A stretch of DNA of 64,000 nt, taken from assembly GCA_040437565.1 (NCBI GenBank), contig JBDOQK010000029.1, forward strand, positions 248,001 to 312,000. The letters are read 5' to 3'. The notes beneath the pieces are model-generated. The model was not told the origin of the DNA. It saw only the letters and a list, made by a program, of their open reading frames with translations, and ran no database searches. The position numbers and the translations under genes were made by a program. This document shows positions 52,366 through 63,572 of the stretch, piece after piece (within the stretch, counting starts at the first letter, position 1; the number at the start of each line of letters is the position of its first letter). This DNA is from Albugo candida. Taxonomy: Eukaryota.

Positions 52366-54497
52366 TGTTGTTTCGTCTTGCGTCCGAAAAGGTAGACATA
52401 AAAGTATGATTCATATTAGACGGCGTTTCACTGTCTGCTAATAATCGTACGTTACCTACTACTTTATTGCACACGCAGCTAACAGTCGCGTCGTTTCAAC
52501 ACTCCTTCCCGGGATGTGTTCTGAACAGACCCACTAGCTCGCGTCGTTCGCGTAACCTCGGAGCTGCCAATGTCTTGCTTCGGGAGCACATCAGCCCGCA
52601 TCATTTTAGACTCGCGATACACCACGTTGATTACACCCTTCTTGCTGCAATCCTTTACGAACTTGTGCTTTACTGCGATGTGCTTCGGTCTTCTCTAGCT
52701 GTCCTCGCCGATGATCTGTTTAATTGCCGCCTGGTTGTCGACGTGAAGTATCATTGGAGCTTTCACTTTGATTCCAACCTCATCGTGTAGCTCTCACATT
52801 CCGAGTAGTTCACTTGTCACCAGAGAAGCCGCAACAAACTCTGCCTCCATTGTCGATAGAACCACGCTTGCTTTTTTCTTGCAGATCCACCCCACTAAAA
52901 TCCCTTTCATACACACCACTCCACCACTCAAAGACTTACGATCTTTGCGATCTCCTTCATAATCGGCGTCGCTGTAGCCTTGTAATGACACCTCGTCCAC
53001 TTTTGATATTGTCATCATCATCCATCATCCGGAATGGTAAATGCTTCGTCCCTTTCAGATACTTAACTATCCGCTTAGCCCATCGCCAGTCGCATTCGCG
53101 TGGTATATGGGCCCGTCGGCTGGCTCGATGCACGGCAAACGCGATGTCAGGTCTCGTACATGGTGCAATCCACAGCAGGCTCCCGTTCAACGATTGGAAT
53201 GTGAATATGGTCGGTTTCTCTGTCGTTCCACCGTTTAATTCAGGTAGGATCTCACCTTCGCCTTCGCTGTCTTGATCATCTCCGAACGGTGTTCGTGCTG
53301 GATTTGACAACTCAAGTCCAATAGTAATAAGTAACTCTTGAATGCATTGCTCTTGCTAAAGTGAGTACCTATTTTCGGTGTCGTACGTCACCCCATGTCT
53401 AGAAACTTTGTCACCATCCCGAGGTCCTTCACTTCTATCACGTGCATGTTCTTAAAGAACTGATCGACCATGGTCGTGTTTGTGCCCGTCACCAAAAGAT
53501 CGTTCACATACACATACACACCCATTGTCGTGGTCTCGGAATCACCGCTTTTGCAGTACAGACAGCTGTCGGTGTAACACTGTCTGAAGCCCAATTTCTC
53601 GAGAGTTATGTGTGGGAGCTCGGCCCAGGGTATTCCAGCTTGCTTTAGGCCGTATAGGATCTTCTTGAGTTTTATGCCACGTTGCTACTGTCGCCTTGAT
53701 CAGACACTTTGAACTTGTTCCCTTCCATAACCATACCTTGGGGAAGATGTAAAAAGATTTTCAAATCTTCTTCCTTCTCGGCCTTGACGTATGCGTTAGG
53801 AATGTCGCCGAGTGTTTGACGGGATCGCCACAACCTTGCAAGTGCCAGAAATATCCTCGCCTTCGTCATGTTCATCACCGCACTGAATGTAATGTTGTAA
53901 TCAAAACCATTGAATTGTTCGTTGCCACTAGACCACAAAAGCCGATGGGTATATTCACCCTCGCATCTTATCGACATGGTAAAAGGGTACAATGGGAGAG
54001 CACCTTTTTTTGGTGGAAACACGCATTTGAGTTGTGGCATCAGATGGAATGACTTATTACAATATAATATTCAAATGTTCTATAGCGCCGTCAGTACTAC
54101 ATGAAACAACCGATGTGGTTCCACTTCGACNNNNNNNNNNNNNNNNNNNNNNNNNNNNNNNNNNNNNNNNNNNNNNNNNNNNNNNNNNNNNNNNNNNNNN
54201 NNNNNNNNNNNNNNNNNNNNNNNNNNNNNNTTCCAGCTTGCTTTAGGCCGTATAGGATCTTCTTGAGTTTTATGCCACGTTGCTACTGTCGCCTTGATCA
54301 GACACTTTGAACTTGTTCCCTTCCATAACCATACCTTGGGGAAGATGTAAAAAGATTTTCAAATCTTCTAATGTCGCCGAGCGTTTGAGGGGATCGCCAC
54401 AACCTTGCAAGTGCCAGAAATATCCTCGCCTTCGTCATGTTCATCACCGCACTGAATGTAATGTTGTGATCAAAACCATTGAATTGTTCGTTGCCAG
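52366..54497 (-). mobile_element. Decayed Ty1/Copia LTR retrotransposon (3' LTR 52366-52501, PPT, RNase H, RT; truncated upstream of RT)
   Basis: GNEQ...TFSAV, DIPNAYVKA, LYGLKQAG, YVNDLLVTG, TRPDIAFAV, GYSDADY...DRKSLSG, LSTMEAEFVA, VDNQAAI and KHIAVKHKFVKD, with frameshifts and stops. Includes a duplicated segment across the gap. Confidence 0.93.
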
Positions 54498-55850
54498 TAG
54501 ACCACAAAAGCCGATGGGTATATTCACCCTCGCATCTTATCGACATGGTAAAAGGGTACAATGGGAGAGCACCTCTTTTTGGTGGAAACACGCATTTAGA
54601 ATGTGGCATCAGATGGAATGAATTATTACAATTTAATATTCAAATGTTCTATAGCGCCGTCAGTACTACATGAAACAACCGATGTGGTTCCACTTCGACC
54701 AAAGAATTACATTCTGAAGCTGCTACTCATAATCCGAGTGCTCAAAACGTCTGGTACAATCTTGGCATGGTGAGGAACCACATTTCCGAAATCGTTTGCT
54801 ACAGCTTTCGAGATTCGAAGTCCCCAAGACTTTTTTCGAGAAAGCGACACATGGCCATCGAAGGAAGCTTTCGTCGATATATATTACAGGGACGAAAAGC
54901 TGAATACATCGGATATGGCTAAACAAAAGTTACTGAGTCGACCTTCCAATGAGGTCACTCAGATACTTCATTGTTATCACTCGACAATTGGTCTCATCAC
55001 TTGGATCCCAAATACAAGTGCCAGATCGTTTTATATGGGCATACGATACAAGAAGAGAAATCATAATTTCCCGTCTATTCACGCCTTCAACTCTCACGTA
55101 CCGTCTGGAAACCTCCCGAACAAACCAAGAGCCATCCCGTGTCAATACATTGGTCCTCACGGGCGAGACCGGACGCACCAGATACAGAAAGAGTTCAAAC
55201 ATCATCACGACATCTTAAATATGCCTACCGATTTTCGGACATCTGCAATTTCGTATGGCCTTTCTGATGTTGCCAAATCCATCGTTTCTGGTTCTTCAAG
55301 AATACTCAGCCCGACACTATATTGTGTGCGCAGCCTTCGTGTGGGGCAGTGGAATCCGATCAACATCTCTGTCTCGAGTGCGATCACACGGCAAAAGTAT
55401 GGATGGAGTTGACTCCTACTTGAAATCAGATTTTCTTATCACGATCACGTTAGACGCATCGTTAGACGCATATTGCATCTGCAATTGTGCCAACGCTTCG
55501 GTCGCGGTAGAAAGAATATCAGCGAGATATGTCAGATTTATGGCTTGCATTGCAAGCGGTGACAATGCACTTCGTCAGGATCGATTGGTATCGTCGTACC
55601 CTCGATCAGCGATCATCAATTTCGACAGTTATAGCACTTTCCATGGTCTATACCACGTTTAGTGCGCACGTTCGGTACTTTCGAAGACGGTATTACGATC
55701 AAGACGAAAGTATTCGGCTTGTAAAGGTGTTGCATCAACTCGAACGCAAGAATCATTATTTAGCTTCTACAAGGATTCGAAGATCATTGCTGCGGATGCG
55801 GCACGGGCAAGTCGAAATGCAAGTGGAACTGCATTCCTAGCTTTAGCCGG
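54498..55850 (+). mobile_element. 5'-truncated L1-like LINE fragment (post-RT region with CCHC-type zinc finger)
   Basis: 54498-54860 is homologous to the reverse complement of bases ~370-5. Near 55280-55420 it reads RFWFFKNTQPDTILCAQPSCGAVESDQHLCLECDHTAKVW. Confidence 0.75.
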
Positions 55851-55854
55851 ATGG

Positions 55855-56090
55855 CAACGGACAGCCTAGTGTGGCGCACAACAAGTGGGAAAACACGGTA
55901 CTTTTGTACAATCTGACAACTTAGAGATTATAATATGTCTTCTCGTTGATAGTCATGTATTGCAGTAGTCTCAACCCACCACAATAGGACACTGTTTCCA
56001 GCGTGTAAATGATATAATATAGAAGTTGTCAGATTGTACAAAAGTACCGTGTTTTCTCACTTGTTGTGCGCCACACTAGGCTGTCCGTTG
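55855..56090. repeat. 68-bp inverted repeat (1 mismatch) around a 100-bp spacer
   Basis: 55855-55922 (caacggacagcctagtgtggcgc...ctgacaactt) is the reverse complement of 56023-56090. Confidence 0.95.
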
Positions 56091-56849
56091 TAAGGTAGCC
56101 TAGGCAAGTCGAGAAGTCAATTAGTCTAATTCTAGTAGTAAAACACCTCCAACTGAGGCTTGAGCCATACATTCGCAGTACACTCCATCTCTTACTGTCA
56201 TTACAGATTAGTAGTCAGAAGCATTGCAAATATCATCCTTTGACCATGGGAAATGTTTTTTTCGTACTCGTATTACAAATTTGTACTTAATCATGGCTTA
56301 TTAAATCCGGGCAAGGAACTCGATGTACTTACTTCCGTTTTGCTGGGAATGCATAGTGTATCTTGTAACTTAGTTTTTAAACAAATACCACTCCAGCACT
56401 ACTTGTGATCGATTGTATAACTCGTACGAGCTGCATGATCACATGTTGCATCTATTTACCGATTGAGATTTATGTATGCAGCAACACTAGCTCACTGCCC
56501 AGTTCCCGATACATTCAAACCGCATTTCTATCATCTAAAATTGCGTAAGTCCTATACTGCCCTTATGTCGAATATTCCTGGATACCTGAAATGAAAACTC
56601 TACATTGGCTAGTCCAGAGACGCATTTACTACAATAGTTTCCGGATGATGATTTGGCGTGCATAAGAAGCCACGGTGATTGAATGCAAAAAGAAAAATTT
56701 CTCGGCATACAGGAAATAAGGATACATTGATTTTCGTAATACAGACGCGGTGCTGAAAAGCATGAATATTTCACCCGATTCTTGTTCTAGATTTTCTAGA
56801 GTCGTAACACCATGGCTCGGAACCATCGCGCAGACTTGGCAAGCGGTGA

Positions 56850-57654
56850 GGCGTTTATTCCAGGCTACGGTTTGAAATGGAGATTACTCCTCATAGATTC
56901 TGTAGCTGGGAAGGAGGAAGCGAAATCTGTTTAAAGTTTTTTTACGGAGGCTTAGGATTGACTTCTGGGTCCGGTAGGGAAACTTGTCTAAGATTGGACG
57001 AAGTCGGCTCGCTTTGACGGTGTTTAGCAATGAGAAGTATATGTAGATAAGGGCGAGGGGCTTTTTCGAGGCTGTTTAAAGCTATCAACATGTGATCATG
57101 CTTGGTCTCTGGGCTTGATGGTGGCTTGACGGAGCTGGACCGTGAAAAGGATAAGTAGGTGAAGGAGGTGCGAGGGCTTGTTTTGGAGGCATCTCCTTGT
57201 GCTCATGTTTGTTCTCTAGACACGGTGGTGACATTTTTCTAGGATTTGAAGAGGTCGGATCATGGTCAGTATTTTTTGCTGGATGAGATTTCTTTAGGAT
57301 TTGACGGAGTCGGATCATCATGATATTTCGAAGCGGGAGGAGATGGTGGAAGCTGTTTGTAATGGTCTGATGGCGTTGATGCATGATCAGATTTGGTAGC
57401 TGATGCAGGTATCCGACCTTTTTTGGAAATTCTTTGCCACGATGCCCGTTGTCGCACTCGTTCTTGGCGAAAGGGTCTTTTGAGTTGTCGGAGCTTGGTG
57501 GCGACCATTTCAATTCAAGTTCCTGAGGTAAACTCTAACCATTGCCCGAAGGGATCAGCTCGTAGTTGGCGTCTTTCATCCGTAAAAGTTGCAGAAGCGT
57601 CAATCGGAGCACTCAAAGTAGCATTCCCACGCAAAGACGGCTTGATATTTTCAT
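56850..57654 (-). pseudogene. Pseudogene of the secreted Pro-rich family (member 4)
   Basis: MKISSRLCVGMLL*, where a 1-nt loss creates TGA. The AGA of RSLR has become TGA. Downstream KWSPPSSDNSKDPFAKNECD is homologous to member 5, with further frameshifts. Confidence 0.8.
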
Positions 57655-58431
57655 GATATCAGGTAAAATTCTACAAAGTTGACCGCAGTTGATACAATAG
57701 CTGTGTTGAGAAAGGAATCTCGAAAATAGACTGTCGGAAACGTTAAGTCCGTGAGATGACAGACCGATTGTGTAATGTGCGAGCGAATGTGGCAAAAGTG
57801 TATTTTATGTATGTGAACTTCACGACACAGTTAAATGAGTCAGAATTTGAAGGAGGCATTTGATGTACCTATTGTTGTTTCACGAAATTGATAATGCATA
57901 AAGTATCGTATAACTTTCTTTGTAAGCGAAATCCATTCCAACGGTGTTTCCTTGTCGAGCTCGTCTACATATCATCCCATCATAAATAGAGAGAGCATAT
58001 ATCAACTGTACAATGTAAAATAAAAAGTGTGCAAGGAATTGTAGTGCATTAATTTCGGGTAGAGTTGATTGTCTTGACACGAACGGCATGGACTAAGTTT
58101 AACAATTATAGATCGATTGGGGGTTTTGTACTAACAACTAAAAGAAAGCTATACATTGGCCAGCGTAATAGGTGCTTCTAGACAAAAGTGTCTTGATGAT
58201 GATTCGATGTGCAGGAATGTCGGCGATAAGGGATTATGATAGAAATTCAGATTTTTGGGTACAAAAGATGAGGTATATATTCACTTCAGCGAAGTACAAT
58301 CAAAAAATGCAGATGCGATACTAAACAACATGATGATTTTGCCTGAATTCTGTTCTGATTTCTTGACAACATGGCTCGAAGCTTCGCATGGCTCAGAACC
58401 ATCGTTCACTTTTGGTAACTGGTGAGAATTG

Positions 58432-59756
58432 TTAGTCCAGTTTAGGGTTCTCTGACGGGAACGGCTTCTCGTTAGATTTTGTAGCTGTCGGAGGAGGGGG
58501 TGGAACCTGTTTAACATTGTTTGACGGAGTCTCAGTCTCGCTTTTCGGATTCGTTGGTGGAAAATCTTTAGGATTTGACGAAATTGGCTCGGAGTCGGGG
58601 ATTTTCTCCGGGCACGGGGCTGGACTTGGCGGAGCAGGGCTACCTCCTTTGACATCGCTTGGTGGTGGACCCTCGTGCTCATGTTTGTTTTCCGGGCACG
58701 GTTGTGTCTTTGGAGATGGCGGGTTAACAACTTTAGGATTGCTTGGTGGTGGACCGTCGTTTTCATGTCTGTTCTCCGGGCACGGTTGTAGATTTGGAGG
58801 AGATGCGGTAACAACTTCAGGAGTGTTTGGTGGTGGACCCCCGTGTTCATGCTCAGTCTCCGGGAACGGGGCTGGAATTGGCGGAACAGGGCTACCTCCT
58901 TTCACATCGCTTGGTGGTGGACCCTCGTGTTCATTCTCAGTCTTCGGGCTCGGTGATGGACTTGGTGGANNNNNNNNNNNNNNNNNNNNNNNNNNNNNNN
59001 NNNNNNNNNNNNNNNNNNNNNNNNNNNNNNNNNNNNNNNNNNNNNNNNNNNNNNNNNNNNNNNNNNNNNACTTGGTGGAGCAGGAATAACTTGTTTAGGA
59101 TTGCTTGGTGATGGACCCTCGTGTTCATGCTCAGTCTCCGGGCACGGGGCTGGAATTGACGGAACAGGGCTACCTCCTTTGACATCGCTTGGTGGTGGAC
59201 CCTCGTGTTCATGTTTGTTCTCCGGGCACGGTTGTGGTTTTGGAGATGGCGGGTTAACAACTTTAGAATTGCTTGGTGGGGGACCGTCGTTTTCATGTCT
59301 GTTCTCTGGGCACGGTTGTGGGTTTGACGAAGGTGAGTGTCCTGATATTGGCGACTCGTGTTCAGGATTCTCTACTGGTCCCGGTGGTGTGATTTCTTTA
59401 GGCTCGTCGTGAGGTTTCGGAGCTGGCGGAGTTGGCGGAAGCTGTTTGTAATTGTCTGATGGCGTTGATGCGTGATCAGGTTTGGTTGATGACGGAGGTG
59501 TGGGAACATCTTTGGGGAATTCTTTGCCATGTTGCACGTCATCGTGCTTGTCCTTGGAGCAAGGTTCTTTTGAGTTGTCGGAGTTCAATGGCGACCAAGT
59601 TTTTTGTTCAACTTCCTGAGGTAAACTCTTGGTCATTGCCCGAAGGGATCTGCTTGGTACTGGATTTGGCGTCTGTCCATCCGTAGAGGTCACAGAAGCA
59701 TCAATTTGAGCACTCAAAAAGAGCATTCCTACGCAAAGACGTCTAGATTTTTTCAT
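58432..59756 (-). CDS. Secreted RxLR-like Pro/His/Glu-rich repeat protein, family member 5 (28-aa repeats; gap inside array)
   Basis: MKKSRRLCVGMLFLSAQIDA, RSLR at aa 36-39, KTWSP, repeats such as PCPENKHEHEGPPPSDVKGGSPVPSIPA, ending ...PSENPKLD*. Confidence 0.85.
58600..59320. repeat. 84-bp coding tandem repeat with alternating unit subtypes
   Basis: ccgggcacgg recurs at an 84-nt period (~58608, 58692, 58776). The units encode RHENDG, KHEHEG and TEHEHE/G variants. Confidence 0.9.
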
Positions 59757-60121
59757 GGTATCAGGTCGAGATGACTCAAAGTTGACTGTAGTTGATCCAG
59801 TAGTTGTGTTGAGATGAAAAACTCAATAATGAGGTCTTGAAAAGATGAATCGCGTGAGATAGCAGGGCAGCTGTCCTTGCTCTCGAGCTTAGAACAAGAA
59901 TGTCTTACACGCTCCATTCCTCGGTGCTGTCTAGGTGTTCCTTAGAGTTTTCTAGAGAATTTGGGATAGAAGAGGCTCTATTGTGAGTTATACATTGAGA
60001 AAAACTCGGTGAGTAATATAGCTATATTTGCTTTAAAAATGCCCTAGTAATAATTACATCACAAGAAGTCAGAGCAGCGCATTCTTATTCGTTACCGTTA
60101 GGACCCTTAACAGCGGTCGAT

Positions 60122-60569
60122 ATGTCACAAAATGGTGCAGACTCTGAACACATGGACGTTGTAAAGATAATCAGGTGCGTTTGTTACATCGATTGTAGGG
60201 GAGAAGGCGGAAGAGAGGATCCTTCACACTGTATCTATTGTTCTACAGTGCAGAAGGACACGAGCTGTATATAAGTCGCAAATGTGCGATGGTATCAGGC
60301 ACCATACGAGCGATGCTGACAGGTTTGTTCGATGATTGAAAGTATGCTGTACATAGACTGACGAAAGGTACATCCAAACAGGTCCATTCTCAGAATCCAA
60401 TAACGAAATTCGCTTTCCTGACATCAGCGCTCCGATTTTGGAGAAAGTGGCTCAGTATATGTATTACAAGGAACAGTATTCCGATAGCACAACCCGTTTT
60501 CCCGATTTTATGATTGAACCAGAAATTGCGATGGAATTATTAATGGCGGCAAGTTATTTAGACTGCTGA
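60122..60569 (+). CDS. ELOC: Elongin C (3 exons; absent from the ORF track)
   Basis: Spliced product MSQNGADSEHMDVVKII|SAEGHELYISRKCAMVSGTIRAMLT|GPFSESNNEIRFPDISAPILEKVAQYMYYK...FMIEPEIAMELLMAASYLDC*. Confidence 0.93.
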
Positions 60570-60837
60570 CACAATTGCCATTTCAAGTCACAAGCATACC
60601 GTAATACATCGACACAATGTATCGTTTTAGTAAGAGAATTAGCGTTGATGCTAGCAATAGTACACAAGTCACACAGTCGATGGCCGGGTCACACCTCAGC
60701 TTGTTTGATCAAACATTCGATGATTCCTATGACGCTAAAAGCGGACGTTACAACAACTTTACTTCACGAATGCTGAGATCTGCGCGGAATCGCTTCTTAT
60801 TACGCTTAAACTCCACAACGAGAGAGAGACTACAAAG

Positions 60838-62161
60838 TCATTTGGCACGGGAAAGAAGTTCTTTTGCGATAATGAGACGTTGGATTTGAGATGTGCCTTC
60901 GTAAATTTGCAATATTTTTGCGTCACGCATCAATTTCTCGACCGGGTATTCCGTATTGAATCCTGCACCACCAAATATCTGGACAGCGTCTGCAGCACAC
61001 TGATTGGCATGGTCTGCGGCAAACCGTTTTGCCATAGATGCATAGAGAGTATTGCTTCGACCACAATCTAGCTCATATGCCGCGCGATACGCGAGCATCC
61101 TTCCAGCTTCGATTCCCGTTGCCATATCTGCAAGCATGAAAGAAACGGCTTGATGCATCGCGATAGGCGTACCCATCGTTTTCCTTTCCATAGAATACAT
61201 TTGTGCTTCTTCGAATGCGCGTCGAGCTAGTCCAATGGCAATGATGGCGACCGGAGGGCGAGTGATGTCGAAGGCTTGCATAGCTATTTTGAACCCATCG
61301 CCAGGTTGTCCTAGAAGATTCTCTTCTGGAACTGCGACTTCTTCAAATGTGATGCTTCTCGTATCAGAACATCGCTGACCCATGTTGATTTCTTTCCTGC
61401 CCACAGTGATCCCCGGCGAATTGGCATCTACGATGAATCCACTGAATGCTGTTCCCGCTTTGGCTTCTGCATCTGTTTTAGCCAGCAAGAAATACCAATC
61501 TGCCACACTCCCATTTGTAATCCACATTTTAGTGCCATTAATCACCCATTTATCTCCTTTTTTGACCGCACTGGTACGAAGTGCAGCAACATCCGAGCCT
61601 GCACCAGGCTCGGTCACACAATATGCTGCTTGACGTGGTTCTTCCACTAGTCTTCCAAAGTATTTCTTGCATTGTTCATCATTTCCAGCGACTAGAACAG
61701 GTGCACTTGCCAAGTGATTTCCTTCAAAAGCCGTCGTCATACCCGTACAGCCGTACGCTAACTCTTCCGCGATAACCAGTCCATCCAGCGCCCCCAGTCC
61801 GATTCCTCCATATCGCTAAACCGAGTCACGAGTCAAACGAGCGATCATCATAGATTACAAATCGTACCTCAGGGATGTGCGAATTGAGTAGCCCAAGCTC
61901 CCATGCTTTTGTAAATATCTTTTGGGGGTATTCCATCGACTGATCGTGGTGTTTTTCCATGGGAATCATCTCTTCTTTGGCAAATTTGCGCGCTAATTCT
62001 TGCACGGCGAGTTGTTGATCCGATAACTTGAAAGACAGACCGCTTCCTTCTTCCTCGTTTGTATGCTGTGCTAGCGCAAAGGTGCGTGCACGCAGCGAAT
62101 TCTTTAGTAAAGAACCATTCAGTCGAGATGACCCACAAGAATGTAAGCGTTGTAGTAACAT
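60838..62161 (-). CDS. ACADM: Mitochondrial medium-chain-type acyl-CoA dehydrogenase (2 exons)
   Basis: Transit-peptide-like N-terminus, [40 protein letters not shown] and [17 protein letters not shown]. Confidence 0.92.
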
Positions 62162-63572
62162 CTCAGAGTGTGATCAAAGTGATCCGACGCTCGGATCTTT
62201 TCAAGTAATATTTTATTTAGCTCCGATACTACTGTATACACTTCGTATACATCCGTTAACAGATACAGTGTGATGAAGTCTAATAATGTTGCGATAGGCT
62301 TTCCATCGATAGTGCGGTNNNNNNNNNNNNNNNNNNNNNNNNNNNNNNNNNNNNNNNNNNNNNNNNNNNNNNNNNNNNNNNNNNNNNNNNNNNNNNNNNN
62401 NNNNNNNNNNNNNNNNNNCAGATACAGTGTGATGAAGTCTAATAATGTTGCGATAGGCTTTCCATCGATAGTGCGGTAGGTACATTCACCTGGCGTTATT
62501 TGCAGTCAACGTGCCATAAATGCTTCCTCTCTCGCTATTCATCCTGTCTGAAGCGGCACAGTATCACAGCTCAATTTGTTGTATGTGATATAATTATTCT
62601 GGTCGTCAGCATCCCCTCGTGAATGCGCTAGGGATGGTCCATCTTTCCATTGACATGCTCTGATATTCCTACCTGCAGATCCAATGTTACACCTCGTTTC
62701 CATTTGGAGAAGAACTCGAAGCGATCTCTCTCGTACACTTGGTTGAAAGTGTCGTCAATTTGCCCTTCAGAACACGCTAATCGAAAAGAGAGATTGAGCT
62801 GTGTTTTGGTCGATTCATTGTGATAAACTTGGATAAATGGACAGGCTGGCTTGTTCCATTTCACGTCGTGGGAGCTTTATCTCGGTAATGAAGTGCCATG
62901 TTTTCCAAGTCTATTGGCGAGAAAAATCCGATAGATAGCATGAGCTTCACATACTCATTGTGATGTTAACAACAACGAGCTCATCTGTCATATGTCAATC
63001 GATTCTGTTCACTCCAAACGTTCTCATTATATTTTTTCTGCCGTCGTCGACTGATGGCTGTACGAATCGACCGAGTTGGAAGCCTGAAAACTTCCGCCAC
63101 TCNNNNNNNNNNNNNNNNNNNNNNNNNNNNNNNNNNNNNNNNNNNNNNNNNNNNNNNNNNNNNNNNNNNNNNNNNNNNNNNNNNNNNNNNNNNNNNNNNN
63201 NNTCTGCCGTCGTCGACTGATGGCTGTACGAATCGACCGAGTTGGAAGCCTGAAAACTTCCGCCACTCGTTCCTTTCTTCGCACTTGGATTGAGTCCCGG
63301 CTTCCTAATCAATTCTCATGTACTGCGGTCCGAGCCTTTAGCGCTGATAGAATCCCTTCTGTCATAAATGACAGGAACGGATTAATTTCTCTCGCACGAA
63401 CAACTGAGAAGCATTCTATCAGCATGGATTAGGCCTACTATCCTCTTCACCTCCTGCTGCTTGCCGATTCCTCAATTGATCAGCGATAGAAGACGTGTGA
63501 TGCATCTGTTATCTCCTTCATACAATATGTGGAAAAATCGACAAATATGAAAAAAATGGAAATCGTAATTTG

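Noticed and set aside
58517-59412. Gly-rich plus-strand ORFs
   Set aside because: These are antisense shadows of the Pro-rich repeat gene.
62480-63430. Possible minus-strand spliced gene between ACADM and PI4K
   Set aside because: Short ORFs only, interrupted by gaps. No consistent model or motif could be built.
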